Assembly (NCBI GenBank): GCA_964655765.1
Contig: CAZZNI010000013.1
Location: 616-24,615, forward strand
Source: an uncultured Gammaproteobacteria bacterium
GTDB taxonomy: Bacteria > Patescibacteriota > Microgenomatia > PFEM01 > CAYPPS01
DNA: 24,000 nucleotides
Reading direction: 5' to 3'
The notes beneath the pieces were generated by a model. The model had not been told where the DNA came from. It searched no databases and worked only from the letters and a program-made list of their open reading frames with translations. Within the stretch, counting starts at the first letter, position 1. Each line of letters begins with the position of its first letter. Made by a program: the position numbers and the translations under genes. Shown here piece after piece: positions 7,520 through 15,324 of the stretch.

Positions 7520-9487
7520 ATGGACAACGAACCAGGCTTTTCTCCTGTTGAGGGAACGGAAAATTTAACTCCGGAGCAGCAGTTTGCTCAAAAAATAAAA
7601 GATCTTTCTGCACCAGAAGAAGGTGAAGCTGTTTTGACCCATCAATCTTTATTGACCGCCGCTAGATTAGCGTCTATGCCTCATGTTGCAAGAAACCCAA
7701 GGCTATTGGAAGGCTTGTTGACAAAAGTTACAGAAGAAGCTTTTGCTGTAAATCCAAATAGTCCTGGATGGCAAGAACGATACCTGACTGAATTAGCAAT
7801 TTTTGGCGGCGCTATTCAGGAGCAGGTGGACCAGTTAACGGCGGCAGATCGACTCGATCAAACGTCTCAACCGGATCCGCTCCAGCAAGGATTAGGTGAT
7901 TTGTTGACTGAGGTCCGTCGTCAAACGGATTTCCAAGAAGAAGCAATCCGGATTCAAAGAAATGAATTAGAATTACCAACAGACTTGGAACAACAACGAG
8001 TCTTTGTGAGGGAAAAACTGGGAGACATAGAACGAACAATCTATGATTGTTGGCATCTTGATATTGCCAGTACTGTGTCTCAGCTGGAATCAAGTTTGGA
8101 TAAAATGTACCCAGAGATACGCCGAGAAGCTCGGGCAAGAATCAATCTTCATGATTCAACAATGTTAATTAGGCAAGCTGGAGGATGGATAGAAAGACCG
8201 GAAAATATGACTGGCCTATCTATCCCAACCGCAGTTGACACAGCTCATAATCGAGATCACGATTTAACTAAAGATGTGATTATCTTCTTCTTGAGAGAAG
8301 TACATCCTGGCTTGGATGTTAAAAATGCCTGGGATTTATTGCAAAAAGCAAACTATGATTATAATTCCTTTGTCGAAGAAATTAATCTAACAAGATTAAG
8401 GGAATTGTTGACCCCCAGAGGGATAACTAGTCAAGAGATTGACAGGGTTTTTCGCTTACTAGCTACTCCAGCATCTCGACCACTGGCTGGAGACGGAGTT
8501 AATTTTACAAACAAACTTGGTCGATTATCAAACCGTGATAAGACATGGTTGTTGTCGATAATTACTGAAGATGAGATTAAAAGCCGTTTATTTTCAACCG
8601 GAGACAAAATCCCTTTTGATGATGAAGCTCAACTGGGAGCGGCCGAGGTTAATTATAGTAAAGATAACAACGAAGAACGAAAAAAAGCTGTTCGAAAATT
8701 TTTAGTCGAACAATTAGCAAGAAGCTATCTAGGCGGAGATATAGCTGCCGCGGCGAAATCCTTTGAATTAGCCGAAAAATTAGCCAGAGCAACCTTGGAG
8801 ACATCTGCCTATAATCGGATGGCTCAAGCCGGTAATGATCAATTAGCTGAAGCGCTTGGTTTTAAAGGTTGGAGAAAAGCACGAGTTGGCGGAGAAAAAG
8901 GTCGACCAGCCGGACCGTTAATTCATATTGACGGAATTGAATCAATCGGGACAACTTGGCTAAGAACATTGCTTAAGGATCGCTCCAGGCAATGGGAGAT
9001 TAAACAACCGGTGTTAACATCGGACATTGACTTTGATCAAATTACGCCGGACAGTTGGAATTTTTTTGGTACTGTGGTTGCACCGCAGTTTTATAGATTG
9101 AAAGGTTTATTTTTGGACAGAGCTCCTGACCCGAAGAAAATGGTTAAGAGGGATTATTGGGCTGACTTGATCGCTATAATTGATCGGGCCGATCCTAGGG
9201 AAAATCCGCAAGTTGATTATTGTGGCCCCAAAAAACTTCGGCCGCTCCTTGTAGCTGGAGTAATCGACATGGCTTTGGCAGACCCTGGGTTAGGGTGGAC
9301 GGCAACTGATATAGGCAACATGGAAAGAATCTTAACCGAAGAGACTGTTGCTGATGGCGGTAGGGCCTTTATGTCACAAAGCCAATGGAAAAAACTGGCA
9401 TCTACTTTGCAGATAAGTTCAAGAGTGATGTCTTTGGCTGCTGGTCAAGGGCTTCGGTCAAGTTTGGAAAAATCTCTTGGCCGTTAG
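7520..9487 (+). CDS. orphan 655-aa predicted cytosolic, largely helical protein of unknown function, embedded antisense in the T4SS-like locus
   Basis: It is a long uninterrupted ORF with no TM segment, signal peptide, Walker motif or other recognisable catalytic motif. By eye it uses more Arg relative to Lys than its neighbours. Its TAG stop (9485-9487) directly abuts a minus-strand TAA. Confidence 0.7.
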   Translation: MDNEPGFSPVEGTENLTPEQQFAQKIKDLSAPEEGEAVLTHQSLLTAARLASMPHVARNPRLLEGLLTKVTEEAFAVNPNSPGWQERYLTELAIFGGAIQEQVDQLTAADRLDQTSQPDPLQQGLGDLLTEVRRQTDFQEEAIRIQRNELELPTDLEQQRVFVREKLGDIERTIYDCWHLDIASTVSQLESSLDKMYPEIRREARARINLHDSTMLIRQAGGWIERPENMTGLSIPTAVDTAHNRDHDLTKDVIIFFLREVHPGLDVKNAWDLLQKANYDYNSFVEEINLTRLRELLTPRGITSQEIDRVFRLLATPASRPLAGDGVNFTNKLGRLSNRDKTWLLSIITEDEIKSRLFSTGDKIPFDDEAQLGAAEVNYSKDNNEERKKAVRKFLVEQLARSYLGGDIAAAAKSFELAEKLARATLETSAYNRMAQAGNDQLAEALGFKGWRKARVGGEKGRPAGPLIHIDGIESIGTTWLRTLLKDRSRQWEIKQPVLTSDIDFDQITPDSWNFFGTVVAPQFYRLKGLFLDRAPDPKKMVKRDYWADLIAIIDRADPRENPQVDYCGPKKLRPLLVAGVIDMALADPGLGWTATDIGNMERILTEETVADGGRAFMSQSQWKKLASTLQISSRVMSLAAGQGLRSSLEKSLGR

Positions 9488-9613
9488 TTAACTTAAGGGG
9501 AACTTATCGATTTCTTGTTTAGTTAAAAAAGTTTCTTCTTTTATAAAAACACCTGATTTACGATACTGAGCTTCTTGCCTCTTTTTCTTTTTTTTGTCCG
9601 TATTTTTGTTCAT
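9488..9613 (-). CDS. possible 41-aa Lys-rich small protein (not in the ORF track)
   Basis: Hand translation gives MNKNTDKKKKKRQEAQYRKSGVFIKEETFLTKQEIDKFPLS*. It lies 28 nt downstream of the VirB6-like gene on the same strand and fills an otherwise empty 154-nt gap. There is no convincing SD. Confidence 0.25.
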   Translation of the reverse strand: MNKNTDKKKKKRQEAQYRKSGVFIKEETFLTKQEIDKFPLS

Positions 9614-9641
9614 CTTAGTCTGTCAGTTGGCCAATAATCAA

Positions 9642-11393
9642 TTAAGTTGTATCAAAATCATCTGCTCCCAATGAGACTGTTCGTCCTCGTTCTTTGATTC
9701 GTCCGCCGGCAATTTTACCGCCAATATATTTAACCCCGCTTGATGCTGCCCCAAACGCTGCTCCCCCGGCCGCATCAGTGCCAGTTTTTACTGCACTAGC
9801 ACCAATTGCTCCCATCGGTCTGGCTATTGGAGATATAGCTTCGCCGAAGCCGGTGCCATATTTCCAGGGATTAACCTGAAGAGCATCTCTAATAATCTCT
9901 CCTGCTTTTGGAATAAGAAAGAATGTCCCAAAGCCCAATAAAGGGACTAAGCCGAAAGATAAAACCCCCCAACCACTGGCAAAAGCGCCTCTAAAAATTT
10001 CTTCGGTTGAAATTGATCTGACTCCGGCTATCAGGGCGTACATTTTGGTGACTAATTCGGCGCTCAAGATAGCACCGGCAGCCGGGGCGGTAACCGGGTT
10101 AGTTAATCCGAATATACCAGCAAAAAATCCCCAAGATTCTTTAAGAGTTTCAATAAAAGTGGCTCCTCCGTGCAATGGAACATAGGTAAGAAAAAAAGCA
10201 GACAGAAGAAACATTCCGAAAACTGTTGGCAAAACAGCAATATTGGCCAAGAGGTTTTTAAACCATTTACCAAAACCTGATTGCCCAGGGATAGCGCCTA
10301 GCGCCAATTGGAGTGGTCCAAAAATAACGGCAAAAACAATTTTAGCATAGGTGGTGATTAATAAAATTGAGATTCGAAGCATAGTATAAACGAGAGCGAT
10401 TAAAATAATTAAATTTAAAATAGGGACAGTCATAACTGCGGCAATGCTAGATAAAGCGCCAACTACCAGTGGGAAAATTGCGGCAAACAAGGCTAGTCCG
10501 ATTTGAGCTCCTTCTGGCAATTCATTGATTGTTGTAACAATAGTGTTAAAGTCTTCTGATTGGGTGATTGAAGACGAAAAAACCTCAAGCAGTAAAAACA
10601 TTACTACATAAGCAAGATCAAGCATAAAGCCGGCAATTGCGTAGGAGAAAGTAACCAATAGTAATGCCATAACTACTTGCGGTATGGCATTTTGAACTGA
10701 AATAATAGTTTGCGGATTAATCTTAACTCTGAACATAATCGCCAGGCCAATAAAAACAAAAATTAGAGCGAAAAAAAGATAGGCGACATTTCGGAAAGCT
10801 TTCCACAGCGGTAAAATCGGACTAAAACCGGAAAATCCAATTCCTTGAGGATTATCTTGGGCATAGGCGGTTTTGGAAAAGCCCATGTTTCTACCTATGT
10901 CGGCGACATAGTCAATTGAAGACACTGGTTGGTTGGTATAAGCAAGGGTAACCACCTTAACGGTATCTCCTAAGGCTCCGCCTGGGAAAGAAGCGTAGTA
11001 TTGTCCGTTGGTTGAGGCAAGGGCGGCTTTATATAAGTTTGGCCCGCCCAGAGATTCAGTTAGCCAATAAACCAGGGCGTCCATTGACCCAGTGGCGCCG
11101 TTGGGACTGGTTCTGGCGGTGCCAGCTATCCAGCCATCCAGATTAATTTCACCGGTTTGGACAGATTCTTCCAGGCTCCGTTTAATTTTAAAATTAGTGT
11201 TTGATTCCAGTAAATCGGGAGTGATATTTTGTGTTTCACTATAAAGATCAGTTTCGACATTGACATCATCTCGGTTGAAGATTGTTGCGGTGGCATCGGT
11301 CGACAATAGTTTGGCGGCAAATCCAATCGCCAAACAAAGCAAGGCAATTTTTCCAAAAGAAAGACTTTTAAATCTCGAATAGAAGAAGTTCAT
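9642..11393 (-). CDS. VirB6/TrbL-like polytopic membrane protein
   Basis: 583 aa. It has an N-terminal anchor (IALLCLAIGFAAKLL), then about 180 aa of extracytoplasmic domain, then at least 6 long hydrophobic helices (for example YLFFALIFVFIGLAIMF, LNLIILIALVYTMLRISILLITTY, VLPTVFGMFLLSAFFLTYV), and a Gly/Ala-rich C-terminal tail. The size, topology and position beside pilin genes fit VirB6/PrgH/TcpH-type channel subunits. Confidence 0.6.
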   Translation of the reverse strand: MNFFYSRFKSLSFGKIALLCLAIGFAAKLLSTDATATIFNRDDVNVETDLYSETQNITPDLLESNTNFKIKRSLEESVQTGEINLDGWIAGTARTSPNGATGSMDALVYWLTESLGGPNLYKAALASTNGQYYASFPGGALGDTVKVVTLAYTNQPVSSIDYVADIGRNMGFSKTAYAQDNPQGIGFSGFSPILPLWKAFRNVAYLFFALIFVFIGLAIMFRVKINPQTIISVQNAIPQVVMALLLVTFSYAIAGFMLDLAYVVMFLLLEVFSSSITQSEDFNTIVTTINELPEGAQIGLALFAAIFPLVVGALSSIAAVMTVPILNLIILIALVYTMLRISILLITTYAKIVFAVIFGPLQLALGAIPGQSGFGKWFKNLLANIAVLPTVFGMFLLSAFFLTYVPLHGGATFIETLKESWGFFAGIFGLTNPVTAPAAGAILSAELVTKMYALIAGVRSISTEEIFRGAFASGWGVLSFGLVPLLGFGTFFLIPKAGEIIRDALQVNPWKYGTGFGEAISPIARPMGAIGASAVKTGTDAAGGAAFGAASSGVKYIGGKIAGGRIKERGRTVSLGADDFDTT

Positions 11394-11406
11394 TTTAACT
11401 GAATCA

Positions 11407-11435
11407 AATTTAGCAATAATTGAAACTTAAGTCAA
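11407..11435 (-). promoter_or_regulatory. possible internal promoter ahead of the VirB6-like gene
   Basis: The minus strand reads TTGACT-17 nt-TAAATT, then 13 nt to the ATG at 11393. This could be a chance match in AT-rich spacer. Confidence 0.25.
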
Positions 11436-11441
11436 ACCTTC

Positions 11442-14408
11442 TTATGGACAGTACTGTTGAGAAATGATTTGGCTTTCCTGGCTGTTTGGATTAAGAATGC
11501 CTTTGGAAACACATTGTTTGGCTTTTTCGATACCGCCAAGGTAAGGGAAGTAAAAATCACCCTTGCCGGGATTAGCTTGTGAGCTCTCATTCATTAGTTT
11601 TTGCTCTTTATCGGAAGCAATGGAGCTGTTGGAAATTTTGCCTTGATAAGAATAGCCAACGGTGCTTTTGGCATTGTCGTCTGGATAGGAGTCCATATCG
11701 GCCGGGCGGAAAATATCAAAAACTCCTCTTTGGTTCCCGCCTGAATAGGAATCACCGATGGTGTAATCGCGAATTTTACCAAGAACAGGAATTTGAGTGT
11801 CAATACCCATCTTTCGATAAAGAATTAACGGGTTATAATCGCCGTATTTGCGCCAACGGCACTCTTCTTTACATCTTTCTCTTTCATCCTGCTGGTCGGC
11901 TCTAGGGTATTTATCGCGGCACTTGTCGATACATTTATTTAGATCGGATAAAAGTTTAGTTAATTGTTTTTGGCTTAAGGTAGCTCGGTAATCAGTGGCG
12001 GTCATCACTGTTTCAATTGGATAAGGACTGGCGCAAATCGGATCGTTGGGGTTGATATCAGTAATAGCATCCATTTTGCAGGTGGGAGGAGTATAACGGT
12101 CAGGGTTTTTGCAAAGATTAGTCGGCGTGCTTGTTGGCGCTCCAATACTGGAGCAAGAAGTACTGGTTATTTCTCCGGTTGCCAAGTCAACTTTTCCCTG
12201 ACATTGGTAGTTAGTTTCTCGGATTACCTGGTCGTCAGTGTGAATATGGGGATTAAAAACAGTAACTGTTATGGTAAAGTTGCCGTTTTCATCAACTTGG
12301 GCTGGTAGTAGTCGGGAAGCGTGATTGGGGTCGGTGCTGTCGTAGTAACCTGGTGTTCCACCAGAATCGTCGAGGTTCCCGCCGTTGGCGGCAAACCAGA
12401 TGTGCATGCCAGCTTGTGCCGGACCGGTTAGTCCTTCAATGCGGATGCCGTAGTCAATCGTATTTGTTGCTGAGTTGTACCTAATATTTTCTACTCCAAC
12501 CTGGTAGGCGTATTGAGGTTCGTCGTTCGTTTCTGGTTCTGCGGTGGTGTTGGCTTGGGCCAATTGAACTGTTTCTCCTAAAGCCAATTTGTAGCCGCAG
12601 TAGCTGCTTGATTGAGCTAGTTCTTGGTCAATTTCTTTCCCATTTGGGGCGGCGACAATTACTCCTGGATTGGTAGTTTCAGAGGCGACAAGCCCTTGTT
12701 GTGCAAATTCTGGCATCAGGTGTTTATTTAATTCTTGAGTGGCTTGATAAATGGTTGCCAGATGAGGGAATGAAAGCTGGTAATTTGTGATTGATAGTTG
12801 TCCTGGTGTTCGTTGTACTTGTAGAGTTAAAGTTCCAGGAGCGTCTTTGAGTGTTGTTAATGGAATGTACGGCCACAATTTAGCCCAATCACTGCCAAGC
12901 CAAACTTCGTATTCAGCCAACCAGGCTTCCATTTCAAGTTGATAAGCCATTCGTTTTGTTTCGCTGGCGCCAGGGTCAGGATATTTTGGCTCAGTACAAG
13001 GGGTGTTTTTGAACCGGCCTTTGAATTCGGCTAACTTTTTCGGCTTCGGCAGGTGGGGGTTATCCTTAAATGGAATTTGATAATTTTCGTTTGGGTCGAT
13101 AAGAGCGGTTTCAATCATCTTACAACGCAAGACATCTTGGTATTCCGGGCTGAAAAGCTTACTCATGACTCCGGCTTGCGCTTTAGCTTCTTTATTAAAT
13201 TCTTCGCTACCAACTGGGTTTTGCGGTCCTTTGCCGACCAGCGATCCGGTAAAGTAGCGGGCGAGATATTTTGATTCTTGGTTTAACGGCGGGAAATTAT
13301 AATAGCCGACAAAAGGGACGGTAGTACTGGTGATATCTAGTTCAGCTACTCCGCCCCAAGTTCTTTCGAAATAGGCAACATTTTGTTGATCGTCGCGATC
13401 ATCCGGACAATACTTAAGTTCGCTGGCATCTTCGTCCCAGCCATGAGGGCCGTTACCTTCGTGGATATAAAACCAGGTGTCTTGTTCCATAACAAAAGTT
13501 TCGGCACAGGCCTTAATTGGTTCCTTAACTTCTCCACCGCAATCTTTACAGGCAGCCGGTCTATAAACTCCGGGCTTAGCGGCCGGGTTTTGACAAGTCA
13601 ACGGCGGTGGGGTGGGGGTGATAATGGTGGGCGGCATATTAAGGATAGCCAATAATTCTGGCGGTAAAGGATTAAGATCGGGGTTTAAGAGCCACCATTC
13701 TAACCAACGAGGGTCTTTAAAAGCACCGGTGTCGCGAATAGCGACAAATAATTCGTCTCTTGCGGTGCCGATTCGTTGTCCGGCGTCTAGCGCTAACATG
13801 AAAGTTCGGCCGGTTTCGATTGCTTGATGATACATATCAACAATCGACTGGTCGACATTAAAGTTTTCAAGATAAACAGTGTATCCGCTAACAATATCGT
13901 CCTCAGCAGTGAATTTGAGGGTAATTCCGTTTTCGTCAGCATGTAAAACAATCGCGTTGTAGCCACCACCAATGTCATAATCAGCCCAAGGAACATTAAC
14001 TTCTGCTCCAGGAGTGATATTAAAACCAACATAAGTTGCCCCGGTTCCTTCGTGGTCGGCCCAAGAAGCTGGGTGATCATTTTCAGTTGGGTTAAGATTG
14101 GCAACAGATGTGACAGTTGGAGTGGTTCCGTTCCAATCGGGTGTTAAGGTTAGAAGTTGCGGCGCGCCAGGGTCAGTGTCGTGCTCAAAAGGATATACTT
14201 GGCGATTGTCATTATCAACCAGGGTGTAAGTGTACTGGTCAATATTATATTCAGGATTATCGTCAACATAACAATCAGTGTAGTCGCCGGTAGCAGGATC
14301 ACAAGCAGCCAGTAAATTAAGCGGGGAAAAGTTTTTGGCAAACAATAGTCCAATAACAACAATGGAAAGAAAGAGGATTAGTTTTTGTGAAGCTGTTATT
14401 TTGGACAT
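11442..14408 (-). CDS. 988-aa N-terminally anchored, cysteine-rich surface protein; candidate adhesin or pilus-tip factor
   Basis: I place the start at ATG 14408 (MSKITASQKLILFLSIVVIGLLFAKNF), which removes the overlap with the upstream pilin gene that the listed 14468 start creates. There is a single N-terminal hydrophobic helix. I counted about two dozen Cys, several in clusters (CDPATGDYTDC; CQNPAAKPGVYRPAACKDCGGEVKEPIKAC; CKNPDRYTPPTCKMDAITDINPNDPIC; CIDKC...CKEEC). I recognise no enzymatic motif. Confidence 0.75.
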   Translation of the reverse strand: MSKITASQKLILFLSIVVIGLLFAKNFSPLNLLAACDPATGDYTDCYVDDNPEYNIDQYTYTLVDNDNRQVYPFEHDTDPGAPQLLTLTPDWNGTTPTVTSVANLNPTENDHPASWADHEGTGATYVGFNITPGAEVNVPWADYDIGGGYNAIVLHADENGITLKFTAEDDIVSGYTVYLENFNVDQSIVDMYHQAIETGRTFMLALDAGQRIGTARDELFVAIRDTGAFKDPRWLEWWLLNPDLNPLPPELLAILNMPPTIITPTPPPLTCQNPAAKPGVYRPAACKDCGGEVKEPIKACAETFVMEQDTWFYIHEGNGPHGWDEDASELKYCPDDRDDQQNVAYFERTWGGVAELDITSTTVPFVGYYNFPPLNQESKYLARYFTGSLVGKGPQNPVGSEEFNKEAKAQAGVMSKLFSPEYQDVLRCKMIETALIDPNENYQIPFKDNPHLPKPKKLAEFKGRFKNTPCTEPKYPDPGASETKRMAYQLEMEAWLAEYEVWLGSDWAKLWPYIPLTTLKDAPGTLTLQVQRTPGQLSITNYQLSFPHLATIYQATQELNKHLMPEFAQQGLVASETTNPGVIVAAPNGKEIDQELAQSSSYCGYKLALGETVQLAQANTTAEPETNDEPQYAYQVGVENIRYNSATNTIDYGIRIEGLTGPAQAGMHIWFAANGGNLDDSGGTPGYYDSTDPNHASRLLPAQVDENGNFTITVTVFNPHIHTDDQVIRETNYQCQGKVDLATGEITSTSCSSIGAPTSTPTNLCKNPDRYTPPTCKMDAITDINPNDPICASPYPIETVMTATDYRATLSQKQLTKLLSDLNKCIDKCRDKYPRADQQDERERCKEECRWRKYGDYNPLILYRKMGIDTQIPVLGKIRDYTIGDSYSGGNQRGVFDIFRPADMDSYPDDNAKSTVGYSYQGKISNSSIASDKEQKLMNESSQANPGKGDFYFPYLGGIEKAKQCVSKGILNPNSQESQIISQQYCP

Positions 14409-14415
14409 AATGTTT

Positions 14416-14796
14416 TTATGTTCCAGGGATTTCAAAGACAGTAACCTTGATGCCGGTAAAGCTTTCAATTAACAGCAAAATAAACCAAGAGATGATTATT
14501 AAGGCCAGGCCAAAAATAGCGTAAGTGAGAGTTTTTTGCGCCCCAGCGGCTTTTTCCGGGTCGCCGCCGGCAGTAAGATACTTAATGCCGCCAACCAGTA
14601 ACATAATAAAAACAGCCAGACCGGCAAAACGCAAAGCATAATTAAAAACAATTTGAAAAACACAGCCAATATCCTGAAGAGTTGCTGCATCGTTTTTGGC
14701 TGTGTCACTCCAACAATCATTACCTGCTGCACAGGCAACAGGTAAATTAGTGACAAATAGAACCGGTAACAGTAAAACCGCAATTATTTTTTTCAT
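14416..14796 (-). CDS. T4SS pilin-like (VirB2/TrbC-type hairpin) paralogue P7, with cleavable-looking signal peptide
   Basis: I place the start at ATG 14796 (AGGA lies 9 nt upstream). The listed 14904 start overlaps the previous gene. The signal peptide is MKKIIAVLLLPVLFVTNLPVACAA. The core is FAGLAVFIMLLVGGIKYLTAGGDPEKAAGAQKTLTYAIFGLALIIISWF, that is TM1, charged loop, TM2. Confidence 0.8.
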   Translation of the reverse strand: MKKIIAVLLLPVLFVTNLPVACAAGNDCWSDTAKNDAATLQDIGCVFQIVFNYALRFAGLAVFIMLLVGGIKYLTAGGDPEKAAGAQKTLTYAIFGLALIIISWFILLLIESFTGIKVTVFEIPGT

Positions 14797-14822
14797 TTTC
14801 TTAAATCCTAACAACCAGGCCG

Positions 14823-14858
14823 GCCACATTAACGGCAAGCCTAGGTTGTTAATGTGGC
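14823..14858 (-). promoter_or_regulatory. perfect 11-bp stem / 14-nt loop hairpin 5 nt downstream of the P6 stop
   Basis: GCCACATTAAC (14823-14833) pairs with GTTAATGTGGC (14848-14858). In the minus-strand RNA the hairpin is not followed by a U-tract, so it looks like a stabiliser, attenuator or processing element rather than a canonical intrinsic terminator. Confidence 0.4.
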
Positions 14859-14863
14859 TACAT

Positions 14864-15253
14864 TTATTGTGTAGGCGGTTGAACCTTTGGAATTTGAAGA
14901 CCACTAATGATTTTTATACCAAGGAAGGTTTCAACGATTCCAATTAATGCCCAGGTTGAAAAAACAATTGCCAGTCCAATAATTGCCGCTGTTAAAGTAC
15001 TTTGAGCTGCAGCGGTTTGTTCTTTATCGCCACCAGAGGTGATCCACTTGATACCACCGTAAATTAAAAAGAAAAAGGCGACTAAACCGGCTATAGCCAA
15101 CACTAGAGTTACTAGTCCTGAGATAATACTGGGGACAGTTAAGCTTACGGCGCCGGCAAACTCCGTTGATGGTGTCAGCGTGATTGCTTGGCCAGTGATT
15201 GCTGACTCTTGGGCATATATCGGACTTGAAATTAAGTTTAAAATTTTATCCAT
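14864..15253 (-). CDS. T4SS pilin-like paralogue P6, candidate major pilin
   Basis: 129 aa. The core is LVAFFFLIYGGIKWITSGGDKEQTAAAQSTLTAAIIGLAIVFSTW. It has a strong SD (AGGAGGGAGGTGA) in a 5' UTR behind its own consensus promoter. Confidence 0.85.
   Translation of the reverse strand: MDKILNLISSPIYAQESAITGQAITLTPSTEFAGAVSLTVPSIISGLVTLVLAIAGLVAFFFLIYGGIKWITSGGDKEQTAAAQSTLTAAIIGLAIVFSTWALIGIVETFLGIKIISGLQIPKVQPPTQ
15001..15080. repeat. 80-nt near-identical segment shared with 15498-15577 (copy 1, inside P6)
   Basis: By hand alignment 78 of 80 nt are identical. The two differences (15047 c/t, 15056 a/g) are synonymous. The flanking coding sequence of the two paralogues is clearly more diverged. 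Confidence 0.9.
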
Positions 15254-15292
15254 TTTTTTCTTTCACCTCCCTCCTGGTTATTATTAGTCATG

Positions 15293-15322
15293 ATTATAAG
15301 TAAAGTTGTAAAACAAAGTCAA
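15293..15322 (-). promoter_or_regulatory. near-consensus sigma70 promoter internal to the pilin array, driving P6
   Basis: The minus strand reads TTGACT (15322-15317), 18 nt spacer, then TATAAT (15298-15293). The -35 starts 2 nt after the P5 stop, and a roughly 40-nt leader carrying GGAGGGAGG follows. Confidence 0.5.
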
Positions 15323-15324
15323 TT

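Noticed and set aside
7520-9487. Possible foreign (horizontally acquired) composition of the 655-aa gene.
   Set aside because: Rough hand counts of a few 60-100-nt samples suggested slightly higher GC than some neighbours. Samples from the surface-protein gene varied just as much. This needs a proper sliding-window calculation before any claim.
9488-9641. The largest intergenic gap was examined for a tRNA, small RNA or intrinsic terminator.
   Set aside because: I found no cloverleaf-compatible arms and no GC-rich hairpin followed by a T-tract on either strand. It contains only A/T runs and the weak 41-aa ORF.
14797-14904. The listed ORFs carry long N-terminal extensions for P7 (to 14904), P3 (to 16555), the surface protein (to 14468) and P5 (TTG at 15744).
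   Set aside because: Each extension overlaps the preceding gene extensively. Internal ATGs at 14796, 16459, 14408 and 15729 have SDs or classic stop/start coupling and yield proper signal or anchor N-termini.
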